Source: Octopus bimaculoides
Lineage: Eukaryota
Reading direction: 5' to 3'
Assembly (NCBI RefSeq): GCF_001194135.2
Contig: NC_068990.1
Coordinates: 32,991,601-33,055,600 of the forward strand
Length of the DNA stretch: 64,000 nucleotides
Both the position numbers and the translations under genes were made by a program. The notes below the pieces were generated by a model. It had not been told where the DNA came from. It saw only the letters and a list, made by a program, of their open reading frames with translations, and did not search any database. Positions 51,733 through 64,000 of this stretch are shown here, one piece after another (the first letter of the stretch is position 1; the number at the start of each line of letters is the position of its first letter).

Positions 51733-52122
51733 TACATATAGACACTTTATGGATCCTTTTCAGTTTCCATCTACTATACCCACTTGTAAGGCATTGATCA
51801 GCTTTGGGCTATAATAGAAGACCTCTTTTGCAAGGATCCACAAAGTGGCATGGCACCCAAGACTGCATGAATGTGAAGCAAGCTTCTGAATCATGCAGCG
51901 ACACCTACATGTTTCACATGCATGCATAGATACACATTTATGCATTTATTATGCATGCACACATACGCAAACATATATTTGGCCGAGGATTGAAACCTGC
52001 ATCTGTTTGGGAATATTGGGTAAGTAAGAAAGCTTGATAGATTTAATTGATGAGAGAGAAGTATCTTAGATTAAGGAGCAATGGTATATGGATCATGGGA
52101 GCTACTTACTGTTGCCCTGTGA

Positions 52123-52156
<34 letters not shown>

Positions 52157-52854
52157 ATTTCACAGAAGGAAGTTGAGTGTGTATGTGATATTGTTTGTTC
52201 GTGTGTGGGTGAACAGCAATGAATTTACTGATATTATGATATAATGTAGAGAGAAGGAATAGACAGATAGAAATAGAGGGGAGGGGAAATAGGTTAGAGA
52301 GAGTGGGTGTAAGGAATAAATGTGTGTATGCGTGTGTGGAGAGAGAGATGGGGTGAATTGTTGAATAAAGAAAAATACAGAGGTGTAAGGAAAAAAAAAT
52401 ATATACATACACAGAAAGTGTGAGAGAGAGAGAAAGAGAGAGAGTTAGTGAGAGGGATAGAACAAGAGAGACAGTCGTGGAGGATGAAGCTTGAGAACAG
52501 ACATAACAAACAAATACAATAGATAAAAGATATCACAACAGACACAAAATATAACAAATATAACAAATAAAACAAAATAATAAAAAAATGTTTTGTTTAA
52601 AGAATTGCGGACATGTCTGTTGGAGAAAAATAATAATGTAAAAAATAATTAGTTTTGTCTGTTTAATCTTAGAAGTTCTAATTATTAGAAGAGAATAGTT
52701 CCAAAGGGAAGTGTTGTTGGCAGATAGGAAACAGACACACACACACACACACACACAGACTGATCAATGCCAAGGAATTTGGTCAAGCATATATAGACAA
52801 TGGCAAGAGGTTCAGTGAATTTCAAAGGAAATATAAGCCACTTAACAACAACAA

Positions 52855-52874
52855 CAATAATGATAATAATAATG

Positions 52875-52945
<71 letters not shown>
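52855..52945. repeat. (ATA)n microsatellite
   Basis: Seen directly. Confidence 0.95.
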
Positions 52946-52949
<4 letters not shown>

Positions 52950-53099
52950 GTGGTGGTAGTAGCAGTGGTAGTGGTTGTGATGATTTCTGGAGAAAACAAA
53001 GACACAAAGACAGAGGAAAATGAAACTAACAACAACAACAACAACAAATACTACTAGTGGATTACCAAACCTACACATAATCCTTATTCATAGATATCT

Positions 53100-53945
53100 A
53101 AATCCAGGTGACAAGCTTAACAAAATATGGAAAGAAGTAGAGAGCAGGAGGTTTGCCACCAGAGATTTAAGGTATTCTGGTTTTTTAAAGCCATATCATG
53201 ATAAATCAAGGTATTTAGAGGGAGAAGCATGTACAAAATAATAATATCTCACTGCTCATGAGAAGGTAAAAAGGCTTAGAAATGTTGCTATGAGGGGCTG
53301 ATGAATGTGGAAAATGTGTGGGAGGAAAAGGAACTACCTTTGTATACCCAATAAAGGGACCAGCCCTTGAATGCTTGTGTATGAACTGCAGTGCTGCATA
53401 GTAGTGAGATGTGGGCTCTGAATGTAGAAGATGAGCTTAGGTTGGAAAGAAATGAGCTTAGGTTGGGAAAGAAATGTAGAAGATGAGCTTAGGTTGGAAA
53501 GAAATGTAAAAGATGAGCTTAGGTTGGAAAGAAATGAGCTTAGGTTGGGAAAGAAATGTAGAAGATGAGCTTAGGTTGGAAAGAACATGATCTATTGTAT
53601 GTGTCAAGTTTGTTTAAATGATGAAGTACAAATGAGCCGAATGAGTCACTAAGTTTAAGTAAAAATTCCTTGTAGAGTACAAGAATGAAGACTGTCTGTA
53701 CAGACAAATAATATGTATGGATTATAACAGATGGCTAAAGAAGCATCAAGGGATGCAAATGGAAGGAAACTTCGTTAGAAGGATACCAAAGAAAATTTGG
53801 GAAGATATAGTTAAAGTTGCTCTCAGGATGCTGAAGTTCATAAAAAGATGACAAAGGAACAAAAGTGATATGATACTGTATTGGACATGACTCATCTGAC
53901 CCATGTATGTAAAAATAGACATGAAAAAAGAGATGATGATCCCAT
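53100..53945 (+). mobile_element. Internally deleted RTE LINE remnant
   Basis: Motifs LMNVENVWEEK, PIKGPA, NACV*TAVLHSSEMWALNVEDELRLERNE and ..PKKIWEDIV..; tail catctgacccatgtatgtaaaaatagac...gatgatgat. Confidence 0.7.
53421..53584 (+). repeat. Higher-order tandem repeat (30+22+30 bp) x2 inside the RTE ORF
   Basis: Six copies of gagcttaggttgg(g)aaaga arranged as two 82-bp blocks. Confidence 0.9.
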
Positions 53946-54715
53946 AGATATATAGATGTAACAACAAAAACAACAACAACAACAACAATGAAGTAACTGT
54001 AAGTGTGTTCTTATAACTGATAATTTTAATAGAATGAATTATGACAAAACCCAGTACTCTTGACTTGAACAAAACCAAGTACCTTTGACTTGAACTTTAT
54101 TTAATTCACTGCAAAAAATAAAAGACAAAGATGACTTCAGCAGGATTTGACTTTAAAATGTTGCATAGCATTTTGTCCAATGTTCTGATAATTCTGCCAG
54201 CTTGCTACCTTTCATAACTGTTTCTAAGTTAGCCACAAGGCCAGCAAAGCATTTTATCTGTCTTTCTAATGATGCTCCCACTTCACATCCATTTAATAAT
54301 ACTGATTTCTGATTCAGGCAAAAGGCCAGCAGTTTTCGAAGGGAGGAGATTAGTCAATTACATCAATTGCAGTACTTTGTTTTTATTGATCCTTGGAGAG
54401 ATAAAAGGCAAGATTGATTTCAATAGGATTTGAACTTAGAGCATAAGAAATATTGAAGCTCTACCAATTCTACCAGCTACAGTATAATGTTCACAATATA
54501 TTCTACACAGTATCTTATCTACACCCACCTTATCCTCTCACAACATACCTACAGACATACACACACATATACACAACTACGTACACCACACAAATGCAGT
54601 TTGTGCATAAATGTGCAATATAATTCCCAACCAAAGTACTTTTAGAATGCACAGACACGTGCATGTTAATGCAGCTGTCTGACTTATTTGACCAACAACA
54701 CCAGCAATGATGATG

Positions 54716-54749
<34 letters not shown>

Positions 54750-55248
54750 TAATAATAAAAGTGTTATTATTATTATTATTGGCTGACAGAGTTGTTAGAT
54801 TGCAGTAAAACTGTGTTGCAGCAATTGTGCTGAGTCATTTATATTCTGACTGAGAATCCTGCTGGGACCAGCCTTGCTTTTATGCTTTTAGGATTGATAA
54901 AATAAAGTACCCGCCAAATACTAGGATTGATACTATCAACAAATCCTCTTTCCTCAAAATTGCTGGTTTTGTACCTAAACTAGAAACCATTATTATTATC
55001 ATTATTGTTGTTGGCATTCTACAGAAGTTTTGTAGTGGGCAAAAGTGATGATGTTCTTGGAGAAATTCTTGGTGTTCATGAAAATCTGTTGGCTGGTATA
55101 ATCTGGAGGAATTTCTGGCCAGGGTCCATGGATTATTTCAAGAAATCTCTGGCCTGGTAGCATTACCAAGAGGCATTGATAATTTGAAATAAATTCTTTC
55201 GCCCGAAATTGCTGGCCTCGTGCCAAAGTTTGAATCCATTATCGAAGT

Positions 55249-55450
55249 GGCAAACTGGCAGAATCATTAGAATGCCGGAGGAAATGCTTAGTAGATTTCA
55301 TGTCTTTTTGTGCTGAGTTCAAATTTCGTTGAGGTTGACTTTGCCTTTCAGCCTTTTGGGGTCAATGGAATAAGTACCAGTTGAGTACTGAGGTTGATAT
55401 AGCCCCCCACACTCCCCCAGAATTTCAGGCCTGGTGTCTATATTAGAAAA
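55249..55450 (+). mobile_element. SINE family A
   Basis: ggcaaactggcagaatcattag...gttgactttgcctttcagccttttggggtc...tattagaaaa. Confidence 0.85.
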
Positions 55451-55762
55451 CGATCATCATCCTCAATAGAAGTGGTGGTGGTGGTGGTGGTAGTAGTAGT
55501 AGTAAGGAATCCAGAATATTTGGTGTCACTGTATAAACCAAAATTCTGGGGAATCCTCTATACACTCTTCACATTGATTTCCAAAGTTTCCAAGTAGGAC
55601 TTTAGGAGATTTCTTTCCCTTAAATTCTCTGCAGACGGCTGAGATATGACGCCAATAATGGCAACAGTGATACTGATGATGAGAATGTTAATGATGATGA
55701 TGATGATGATGATGATAATAGTGGTGTTTGTTGTAAGAGTAGCAGTGGTGATAATGGCAGTG

Positions 55763-55793
<31 letters not shown>

Positions 55794-56685
55794 CGTCGTG
55801 GTGGGGTTGTTAAAGAATTTCAAGAATAAAAAAAAAATCTTACTAAATAAAATATTGGTTTACTAAGATGCCATTTATTTTAAGATTTTTGAAATTATAG
55901 ACATTGCATATAATTAGTTCTTAGATTGTACTATTCTTAAAGTGTCAGAGACTCTTTTGGTGGTGGCTGTAATGGTGGTGGTGGTGGAAATATCTTTATT
56001 AACTACACTGGCATTTGTGTCTTAATTACTTGCTTGATGAATTATGGTGAAAAATGGTGGTGGTGGTGGTTGTAGTGGTGGCTGTAATGATGGTTGTTCT
56101 AGATGGTGGTGGTGGTGTTGTTATAATGGTAGTTGTAGTTGTGGTGATGGTGATGATGGTGGTTCTTGCGATGGTTGTGGTTGTTGTACTGGTGCTGGAG
56201 TTGGTATTGGCAGTAGTGGTGGTGGTGGTAGTTCTTGTGACAGAGGGAACGGTTGTAGTACTGGTATCGGTGGTGGTGGTGGTGGTAGTGTTAGAAGTTG
56301 TGATAATGATGGGACAAAGTGAAACAATGACATGCAACAATAGATCATGTCTAAACAATACAGCATTGACTGAAGAGTGAAGTATCTCCCCTGTCTTATT
56401 TTTCCTTCATCTCCTACAATGATGGTGGCTATGATAGTTGTTATTACTCAGAACACACACACGCTTAGTTCTATTTCTTTATCATCCCCTCTCTCTCACA
56501 TGTGTACACTGCTGTCTGTCAAAATCATTCTCCCTGATCTCTCTCTGCGTCTCTCTCAATATCATATTTGGTCAGGCGTATAATAAACCGAAAGGTTGTA
56601 GCAGCCGAGCCTTGTGTCTGTGATGAGAACAGCCACCCCTTAGATGACCCACTACACTGAGCTGTTGTGGGTCATTTGATAAGGA

Positions 56686-56842
56686 ATGTGCCATTTGTTA
56701 TGCGATGTGCAATCTGATGTGTGTAGTACACGATTTATAAGTGATGCACCATTTTTTAATGTGTGGTGCACCATTTGACATGCAATGCACTGTTTCATAT
56801 ATATAATACATCATTTGATGTGTAGTGCACCATTTAATGCAT
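56686..56842. repeat. Degenerate ~20-bp minisatellite (tgtgtagtgcaccatttga-like)
   Basis: The motif gcaccattt/gtgcaccatttga recurs about every 20 bp. Confidence 0.6.
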
Positions 56843-56846
56843 GTCG

Positions 56847-56995
56847 GAGGCATGGCTGTGTGGTAAGAAGTTTGCTTCCCAACCACATGGTATCTGGGTT
56901 CAGTCCCATTGCACCTTGGACAAATGTCTTCTGCTATAGTTCTGGGTTGGCCAAAGCCTTGTGAATGGATTTGGATTGCGAAAACTGAAATAAGT
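56847..56995 (+). mobile_element. SINE family B 5' half
   Basis: ggaggcatggctgtgtggtaagaagtttgcttcccaaccacatgg...aaagccttgtgaatggatttgg. Confidence 0.8.
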
Positions 56996-57046
56996 TCATC
57001 ATGTGTGTATGTGTGTGTGTGTTTATATATATATATATATCTATAT

Positions 57047-57142
57047 NNNNNNNNNNNNNNNNNNNNNNNNNNNNNNNNNNNNNNNNNNNNNNNNNNNNNN
57101 NNNNNNNNNNNNNNNNNNNNNNNNNNNNNNNNNNNNNNNNNN
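57047..57142. other. Assembly gap (N)
   Basis: Run of N flanked by (TA)n. Confidence 1.
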
Positions 57143-57539
57143 ATATATATATATATATATATAATATATATATATATGTATGTGTATATATATATATATT
57201 CTTACTGGTTGTAGTAAAAGTGACACCGTCTGCATTCCTCGCATACTAGTTATACCAGTTTCTGGAGAGATTACATTTTTACTTTGGTGGCATATTTTTT
57301 TCAGTATTGTAAATCAAAAATTATGAACATAGAAGAAATTATACAGTAATCTCTATTATTGTAAGCAGTTGTATGTATGTTATATAATTGCCGTTACTGA
57401 ATTAATAAGTAAAATAACACATACAACTCATTTATTATTGTCAGAAGTTCATGTATGAAGCTGATCTTTTTTCTACTTCAATTATTACATATTTTTCTTT
57501 TATAAAAATACACAAATATAGGAGTAAATTATATATACA

Positions 57540-57600
57540 ACTAGCAGAGATATCCGGTGTTGCTAGGGATTAAAATGGCATAGTTTTTTTTATTGTTTTA
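57540..57600 (-). mobile_element. Helitron/Helentron-type terminus (degenerate hairpin + CTAGT)
   Basis: Minus strand reads ccctagcaacaccggatatctctgCTAGTt, resembling a decayed CCCGGGCAACGCCGGG hairpin about 9 nt upstream of CTAG|T. Confidence 0.45.
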
Positions 57601-57604
57601 CGTG

Positions 57605-57800
57605 TTTTGGTCATGTAACTGCAGCCATGCTGGAGCACTGCCTTTAGTTGATGAAATCAACTCCAGGATTTATTCTTTGTAAGCCTAGCACTCATTCTAT
57701 CGATGTGTTTTGCCAAAAGGCTAAGTTGCAGGGATGTAAACACAGCAACATTGGTTGCCAAGCGATACAAGGGGGTACAAACATAGACACAGACACACAC
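57605..57800 (-). mobile_element. SINE family B 3' half
   Basis: ctgcagccatgctggagcactgcctttagttg...ccaggatttattctttgtaagcctag. Confidence 0.75.
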
Positions 57801-57871
57801 AAAACAAATATACACATATATCAGACTTCTTACAGTGACACACATTCTCAGTTTTATATATATAGATAATA

Positions 57872-58121
57872 CCAATAAAATAAGTACCAGTTGAAAACTG
57901 GGGTCGGTGTAATTGACATAACTCCTCCCCAAATGTGCTGGTCTTGGGGCCAACAAAATAAATACCAGTTGAACACTGGGGGTCTGTGTGATTGACGTAC
58001 CCCCCCCCCACCGAATGTGCTGGCCTTGGGCCAATGAAATAAATACCAGTTGAACACTGGGGGCGATGTGATTGACATAACTCCTCCCCAAATGTGCTGG
58101 CCTGATACCAAAATTTGAAAC
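57872..58121 (+). repeat. Triple tandem of the SINE A 3' module (~78-90 bp units)
   Basis: Units start at 57872, 57950 and 58031: ccaat/caaaataa(g/a)taccagttgaa(a/c)actgggg...aatgtgctggycttggg. Confidence 0.85.
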
Positions 58122-58142
58122 CAATATTACTGTCATAATTAA

Positions 58143-58350
58143 GGTGGTGAGCTGCTGATTAGTTAGCCTGCCTGGCAAAATGCCTAGTGGCATTTTGTCC
58201 ATTTTCCCATTCTGAGTTCAAATTCTACCAAGGTCAACTTTGCTTTCCATCCTTTTGGGGTCGATAAAATAAGTACCAGTAGAAAACTGGGCTTGATTTA
58301 ATTGACATATCTTTCCTCCAAAATTGCTTGCTTTGTGTCAAAACTTGAAA
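58143..58350 (+). mobile_element. SINE family A
   Basis: Co-linear with the other family A copies. Confidence 0.8.
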
Positions 58351-58416
58351 GTGATATTGCTTCAATATTTTCTGGTATGTAAGTCAATGTAAGATACATT
58401 GTAGACATATAGTAGC

Positions 58417-58733
58417 TGGCACTCCATTGGTTACGACAACAAGGGTTCCAGTTGATTTGATCAACAGAATGGTTTGCACATGAAATTAATGTGTGAGTGA
58501 CTGAGCATTCTACAGACATGCATACGCTCAACATAGTTCACAGGGAGATTCAGCATGATACACAATGTGACAAAGTCAGCCTTTTGAAATATAGGTGCAA
58601 CTCATTTTTGCCAGCTGAGTGGACTGGAGCAGTGTGAAATAAAGTGTCTTGCTCAAGGTCACAACTCGTCGCCAGGAATCAAACTCATAATCTTGCAATC
58701 ATAAGCTGAATGCCCTACCTACTAAGCCATGTG
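58417..58733 (-). mobile_element. Full-length SINE family C
   Basis: Reverse complement of the family C sequence, co-linear with 7887-8207. Confidence 0.85.
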
Positions 58734-59134
58734 TAGACATTCAAACATTGTTACACTCTTTCTAAATCCTGCTGCATTATCCATGGAACTTTTGGTCCGG
58801 CAACGTCATCTTGTTGCCTAAGTTCACCTTACTTAGTTTGGTTGTAAATTTTGGTCAGAAACATTCAACTTGTATGCTGGAAAATGCAGTAATGCCATTC
58901 ATCATCCCCTCTCTACCAATACCATCTGCTTTTAACCTCCCCCCTCGCCCCCGACTCACATCACTTTCTCCACTGCAATACCATTTATGCAGAACCATTC
59001 CTCCAATCTCTTACACCTTCACTTTAAATCAATGCATAGAAAAATATTAAGTTGTCTTTATATATTTTCTACTGCAAATATATGAATATATACACACACA
59101 CACACACATATATATATATACACACACACACACA

Positions 59135-59174
<40 letters not shown>

Positions 59175-59545
59175 NNNNNNNNNNNNNNNNNNNNNNNNNN
59201 NNNNNNNNNNNNNNNNNNNNNNNNNNNNNNNNNNNNNNNNNNNNNNNNNNNNNNNNNNNNNNNNNNNNNNNNNNNNNNNNNNNNNNNNNNNNNNNNNNNN
59301 NNNNNNNNNNNNNNNNNNNNNNNNNNNNNNNNNNNNNNNNNNNNNNNNNNNNNNNNNNNNNNNNNNNNNNNNNNNNNNNNNNNNNNNNNNNNNNNNNNNN
59401 NNNNNNNNNNNNNNNNNNNNNNNNNNNNNNNNNNNNNNNNNNNNNNNNNNNNNNNNNNNNNNNNNNNNNNNNNNNNNNNNNNNNNNNNNNNNNNNNNNNN
59501 NNNNNNNNNNNNNNNNNNNNNNNNNNNNNNNNNNNNNNNNNNNNN
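59175..59545. other. Assembly gap (N)
   Basis: Run of N flanked by (TA)n. Confidence 1.
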
Positions 59546-59555
59546 TACACATATA

Positions 59556-59587
<32 letters not shown>

Positions 59588-59628
59588 CACACATATATAT
59601 ATATTTATACATATACATACATATATAT

Positions 59629-59726
<98 letters not shown>

Positions 59727-60290
59727 ATATATATATATATATATGTATATCTATATACACACAGACACATATATGTATAGAGAGAGAGAGAGTGTGTGTG
59801 TGTGTGTGTGAATGTATGTGTGTATGTATATGTATTTATATAAGTCCACTGCCATGAGGCTATCCTTGTAAAGGTTTCAGTCTTTTGGCATTGGACATGC
59901 TGGGGCACTTCTGTTGGTGCTTAGATGTATGTTTATGCATAAGAACAAATACACATACATGCACGTGCACACACACATGTACAATACACACCAGCTTTCC
60001 TCCCCACATGCACACTGCCTCAGTGAAAATTCTCATCCATAGTTTGATCAATACAGCAAATTTTGCCTTTAGCTCACTAATCACGAATCTCCACAAGACT
60101 TCTTGACCTTTTCTCTGCCAACCACTCATGACTCAATTTATTGTATAAATCCATCATCAATTAATTCTTACTTCCTTACCCTTACAACCCACCACTTCAA
60201 CAATGTCTGTGCCATGTTGGAACACCTCAAGTTTTTACTTTACAACATACGCACACATACACACACACACACACACACAAACACAGATAG

Positions 60291-60548
60291 ACATTCACAC
60301 ACTTAGACCTTCTTCATTATCACACACACAAGCACTCACACACACTCACACATTCACACACTTAGATCTTCATTATCACACACAAGCACACATTCACACA
60401 CTTAGATCTTCTTCATTATCATACACAAGCACACAGACACACACATACATACACTCACACATTCACACACTTAGATCTTCTTCATTATTACACACAAGCA
60501 CACACGCACGCACACATTCACACACTTAAATCTTCATTATCACACACA

Positions 60549-60560
<12 letters not shown>
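60291..60560. repeat. Minisatellite: 5 copies of attcacacacttagatctt(ctt)cattatcacacacaagca with (CA)n spacers
   Basis: The motif cacacttagatcttc...cattat recurs five times at roughly 40-80 bp spacing. Confidence 0.85.
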
Positions 60561-60582
<22 letters not shown>

Positions 60583-60789
60583 TCTCCATTCAGCTGTTTA
60601 CGTCTGTCTTGTCTTCTGCACAAAAGTGACCCTCAATATTGCTGAATCTACAAAAATAATAAAAACTCATAAAAGCAGTTTAACTAGATTAAAAAAAATA
60701 AAATAAAATAAAATATAAGTGCTTATAAAAAAAAAAAAATCAACATATTTTTTGTTTTTTTACATTTTGTTTGTAACTAGATTTTTTTG

Positions 60790-60905
<116 letters not shown>

Positions 60906-61336
60906 ATTTTCTTTCTTTCAAGAAGCAGCCAAGAGTTTTTGTTATTGTTCACGGATAGTAAACTTTCTAAAAGTCTTCATATTAGTCCCTGCAGACCTCT
61001 CAATTCCTCACACATGATCAGTTCCATATTGGTTGTTGTTTTCTTATTTCTTGTAGCGTCAACAAATGGCAGAATTCCTGTTTAGCAAGAGCCAATGCAA
61101 GCAGAATATTTGCAGCATTCTTTCTACTTGTGATATATGGTGTTTAGACATCAGGATCTGGCATATATTAATGGCTATAGACACATTTCAGGATAGAAGC
61201 AATGGAAGAGTAGTTTCAAATAGTGACTGTGCATGTGTTTGTATGAGTGTGTATGTGTTTGTATGTGTGTGTATGTGTGTGTATATGTACACATAAACAC
61301 ACACATATGCACACATACATATTTATATATACATAC

Positions 61337-61369
<33 letters not shown>

Positions 61370-61478
61370 TATATATATATATATGCATAATCACATATAC
61401 ACACTCATATATGTATTCACTGATATGTTGAGACATATATACATCTACAAATGCACATATATCCACACAGACATGCAT

Positions 61479-61520
<42 letters not shown>

Positions 61521-61523
61521 TTG

Positions 61524-61621
<98 letters not shown>

Positions 61622-61685
61622 TACTTATATACATATGCATACACAGACACATATACATGTATATATGTATACACACACAGACACT

Positions 61686-61740
<55 letters not shown>

Positions 61741-63164
61741 CATATATATCTGAACGAACCTCTATATATTATAAACACATACACATTTAAATCTAAAAAT
61801 CTAATTGTTGTTATACGTAGACAGAGAAAAATTACCTCAGACAACAGGTTGGTCTTTGAGGCATTCTGCATAAGTGAATTGCATAAAAACTAATTAAGGA
61901 ACACAGCCAAGACCACCACCACCCTCCACACACACATACACATTAACACACAAACATGCATGTTAACATATGGTTATACACCCCATGATAAACCTTCTGC
62001 ATTTACCACTTTGAGTGCTTCATGAATATTGTGAAACAGTAATGTACTGAATGGTTTTTCTTAGCATCTATGGTTTTGTAAATAGGTGTTATATTATTTT
62101 GTATCAGGACCAGAAGCTATAACCAGTGTATTAGAATAATATTGGAGTAATGATATACGCTGACTAGATGCAAACTAGCTGCAGATACAGATTTGATAAG
62201 AAGAGCGGCTTGAAAATATTGACAGGATTAAGCACAATCTTTATTGTCAGCTAACTTAAATAGCATGTAAATAAATGTTTATTTGATAGGAACAGATGCA
62301 GATATGTGCTATCTAGATATGGATGAAGTTTGACTGGAGAGAATGTTAGAGAAAAATGACAGAGAGGGAAAGAGGTAGAGTGAGAATGTGAAAGATAAGT
62401 TGAGAGAGAGAGAATGGCAGTAAGAGAGAGAGAATGGCAGTAAGAGAGAGAGGGAGAGAGAGAGAATGACAGTAAAAGAGAGAGGGAGTGAGAGAGAAAG
62501 AAAGAGAGGTTGAGAGGGGAAGAGTGAGATAGAAAGAGAGAGAGAGAAGTTAATCCACAAGTCAACCCAATCAATGTTGACCATGTTAAACATGAGATGC
62601 TGACTTTATAATGCTTAAAAATTTGACAATATAAAAGGCAGTAAGTAAATGTTGACAATATGTAATGACATTGTCAGTAACAGTATGGGTTTGACACTTT
62701 GCATGCATCTCAAGTAGTTCCACATCACAGCATTTCTGTGCTTTTAGAAGTTATTTTGAAATGATAGTTCCCTTTTGTAGTGCTGCTGGGTCAGGAATTA
62801 CTGGAAGTTATTCAAAGTAGTCCATTACTTGAAAGTCCTCTGAAACAGACCAACGAGTTTGTCCTTGCCAATGTCTCGAGTTTCCTTGGGAATATCATTG
62901 CTCTTACCAAACATTAGATATTTATATACTACTAGCAAAGAACTTCCATGATATATATTTAACTGTTAGAGGTGTTGAATGGTTGATACTATTTCTGTTG
63001 GCAAGCTTCTGATCTTGGTCTTTTCTTTATCTAGAACTGCAGCAACAGAAAATGAGATTACACCTGCAGCAACAGAGATCACACCTGCTTACCATTAAGG
63101 AAAAATGGCATGTGTTTGCATATCAGCATCCACAGAATGCAGAGCCCACCTGCCATAATATAAC

Positions 63165-63380
63165 AACATAGGATGTGGCAATTAAAAACCCAAACCACCC
63201 CTGTTCTTTTGTGTGCCCTGGGGAGTGACCAAGAAAGGTACTGACAAATTTTTTGACCAGATCCCAGGGAAACCAACAATCTATGAAGTTCAAAAAATTG
63301 TGCTGACATCAACCACTCACCTTCTTGAGAAGTTTCTCTCCATCTAATACACATGTGCCTTAGGCCTCTAAGAATCAGCT
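63165..63380 (+). mobile_element. RLE-type (R4/Dong-like) LINE 3' end
   Basis: Reads MWQLKTQTTPVLLCALG [frameshift] GTDKFFDQIPGKPTIYEVQKIVLTSTTHLLEKFLSI*, matching the RLE C-terminal MW..K....PV..GALG ... IPG.P...E.QK..L..TAH.LR..LS pattern. Confidence 0.75.
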
Positions 63381-64000
63381 GGAAGTTGATAATGATGACA
63401 GAGGCGGTGGTGGTGATGGTGATGATAATGACAACTGAGGAATTTAAAATTTGTAAAAAAAAAAAAGAAAAAACATATTCAAAAAGCACTTCAGTTTTGA
63501 CCAACCTGTTATGCAATTTTCAAGCACAGTGTATCTAGGAGTACATTCTCCAATGTATTCTTTTCCTGTTACGATGGTGGAGATGTAGTTTGAGGGAGAT
63601 AAGGGTGCTATTTCTAGCTGCCTAATTAAACCCGTAGAATGATTGATATTATGGGCAGATATGGAAAGCTGTAAAAAAAAAAAAAAAAAAAAATCAACGT
63701 TGCTTCAATAATTTTTCATTTTACACCTCCAGACATTTTTACCAGGATAAGGTTAGATGAAATCATAGCATGGCAAGCAGATTTGGTAAAAAAGAAGAAA
63801 AATTAAGTAAAATTCCTTAACTTAGAAAAGAATTGGTGTGTTGGGATTTCAGCTGGATTGTTACAATATGAATTATTAATGATCTGAGATTTGTGATAAA
63901 TTATATTAAGCGGGGATGTTGTTACTTGTAAATCAAGTAGCATGCTAGAGATTATAGCGGAAGATGATCTTTATCTTGCTTGCTGTTGTTGTTGTTGCTA

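Noticed and set aside
55002-55226. Short open frames on both strands in non-repetitive sequence
   Set aside because: They are 50-75 codons long with no motif or splice support, which is within chance expectation.
56620-56675. GTGATGA...CTGA pair and a 9+3-bp hairpin, suggesting a C/D snoRNA or a permuted hammerhead
   Set aside because: The box C-D span (~40 nt) is too short and has no terminal stem. Hammerhead stems I and II cannot be formed.
53421-60560. Regularly spaced repeats (53.4, 57.9 and 60.3 kb) as CRISPR-like arrays
   Set aside because: The units are contiguous or separated by (CA)n rather than unique spacers. At 53.4 and 57.9 kb they derive from LINE/SINE sequence, the context is eukaryotic, and there are no cas genes.
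62780-62920. 45-codon open frame after a pyrimidine-AG (LLGQELLEVIQSSPLL...)
   Set aside because: It ends in a stop with no donor site, and no homology is recognisable.

Overview
AT-rich, microsatellite-dense animal genomic DNA with seven N-gaps. The repeat content (tRNA-derived SINEs with CORE-like or Meta-like central domains, RTE 3' tails ending in (GAT)n) resembles, from memory, cephalopod/Octopus DNA; this is not verified. I found no host protein-coding exon that I can support. Nearly all ORFs in the track are translations of microsatellites, gaps or repeat fragments, so the window reads as intronic or intergenic. It holds many decayed transposable elements: four tRNA-SINE families (labelled A-D here), RTE LINE 3' fragments, L1/Tx1-like remnants, four RLE-type LINE fragments, a DD37D (maT) mariner transposase fossil, a mariner MITE, a MER1-like hAT MITE, a Helitron helicase fossil and a Penelope-like RT/GIY-YIG remnant. 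The most interesting signal is a set of minimal type I hammerhead-ribozyme-like motifs (CUGAnGA-stem II-GAAA-short stem III) with unrelated stem sequences, at about 13.4, 23.9, 24.2, 29.9, 36.0-36.1 and 36.4 kb. One lies downstream of the Penelope remnant, and two are mirror copies on the arms of a ~350-bp palindrome. All carry at least one defect and are probably fossils of Penelope pLTRs or retrozymes. Boundaries were read by eye and are approximate, especially for the decayed LINE remnants.
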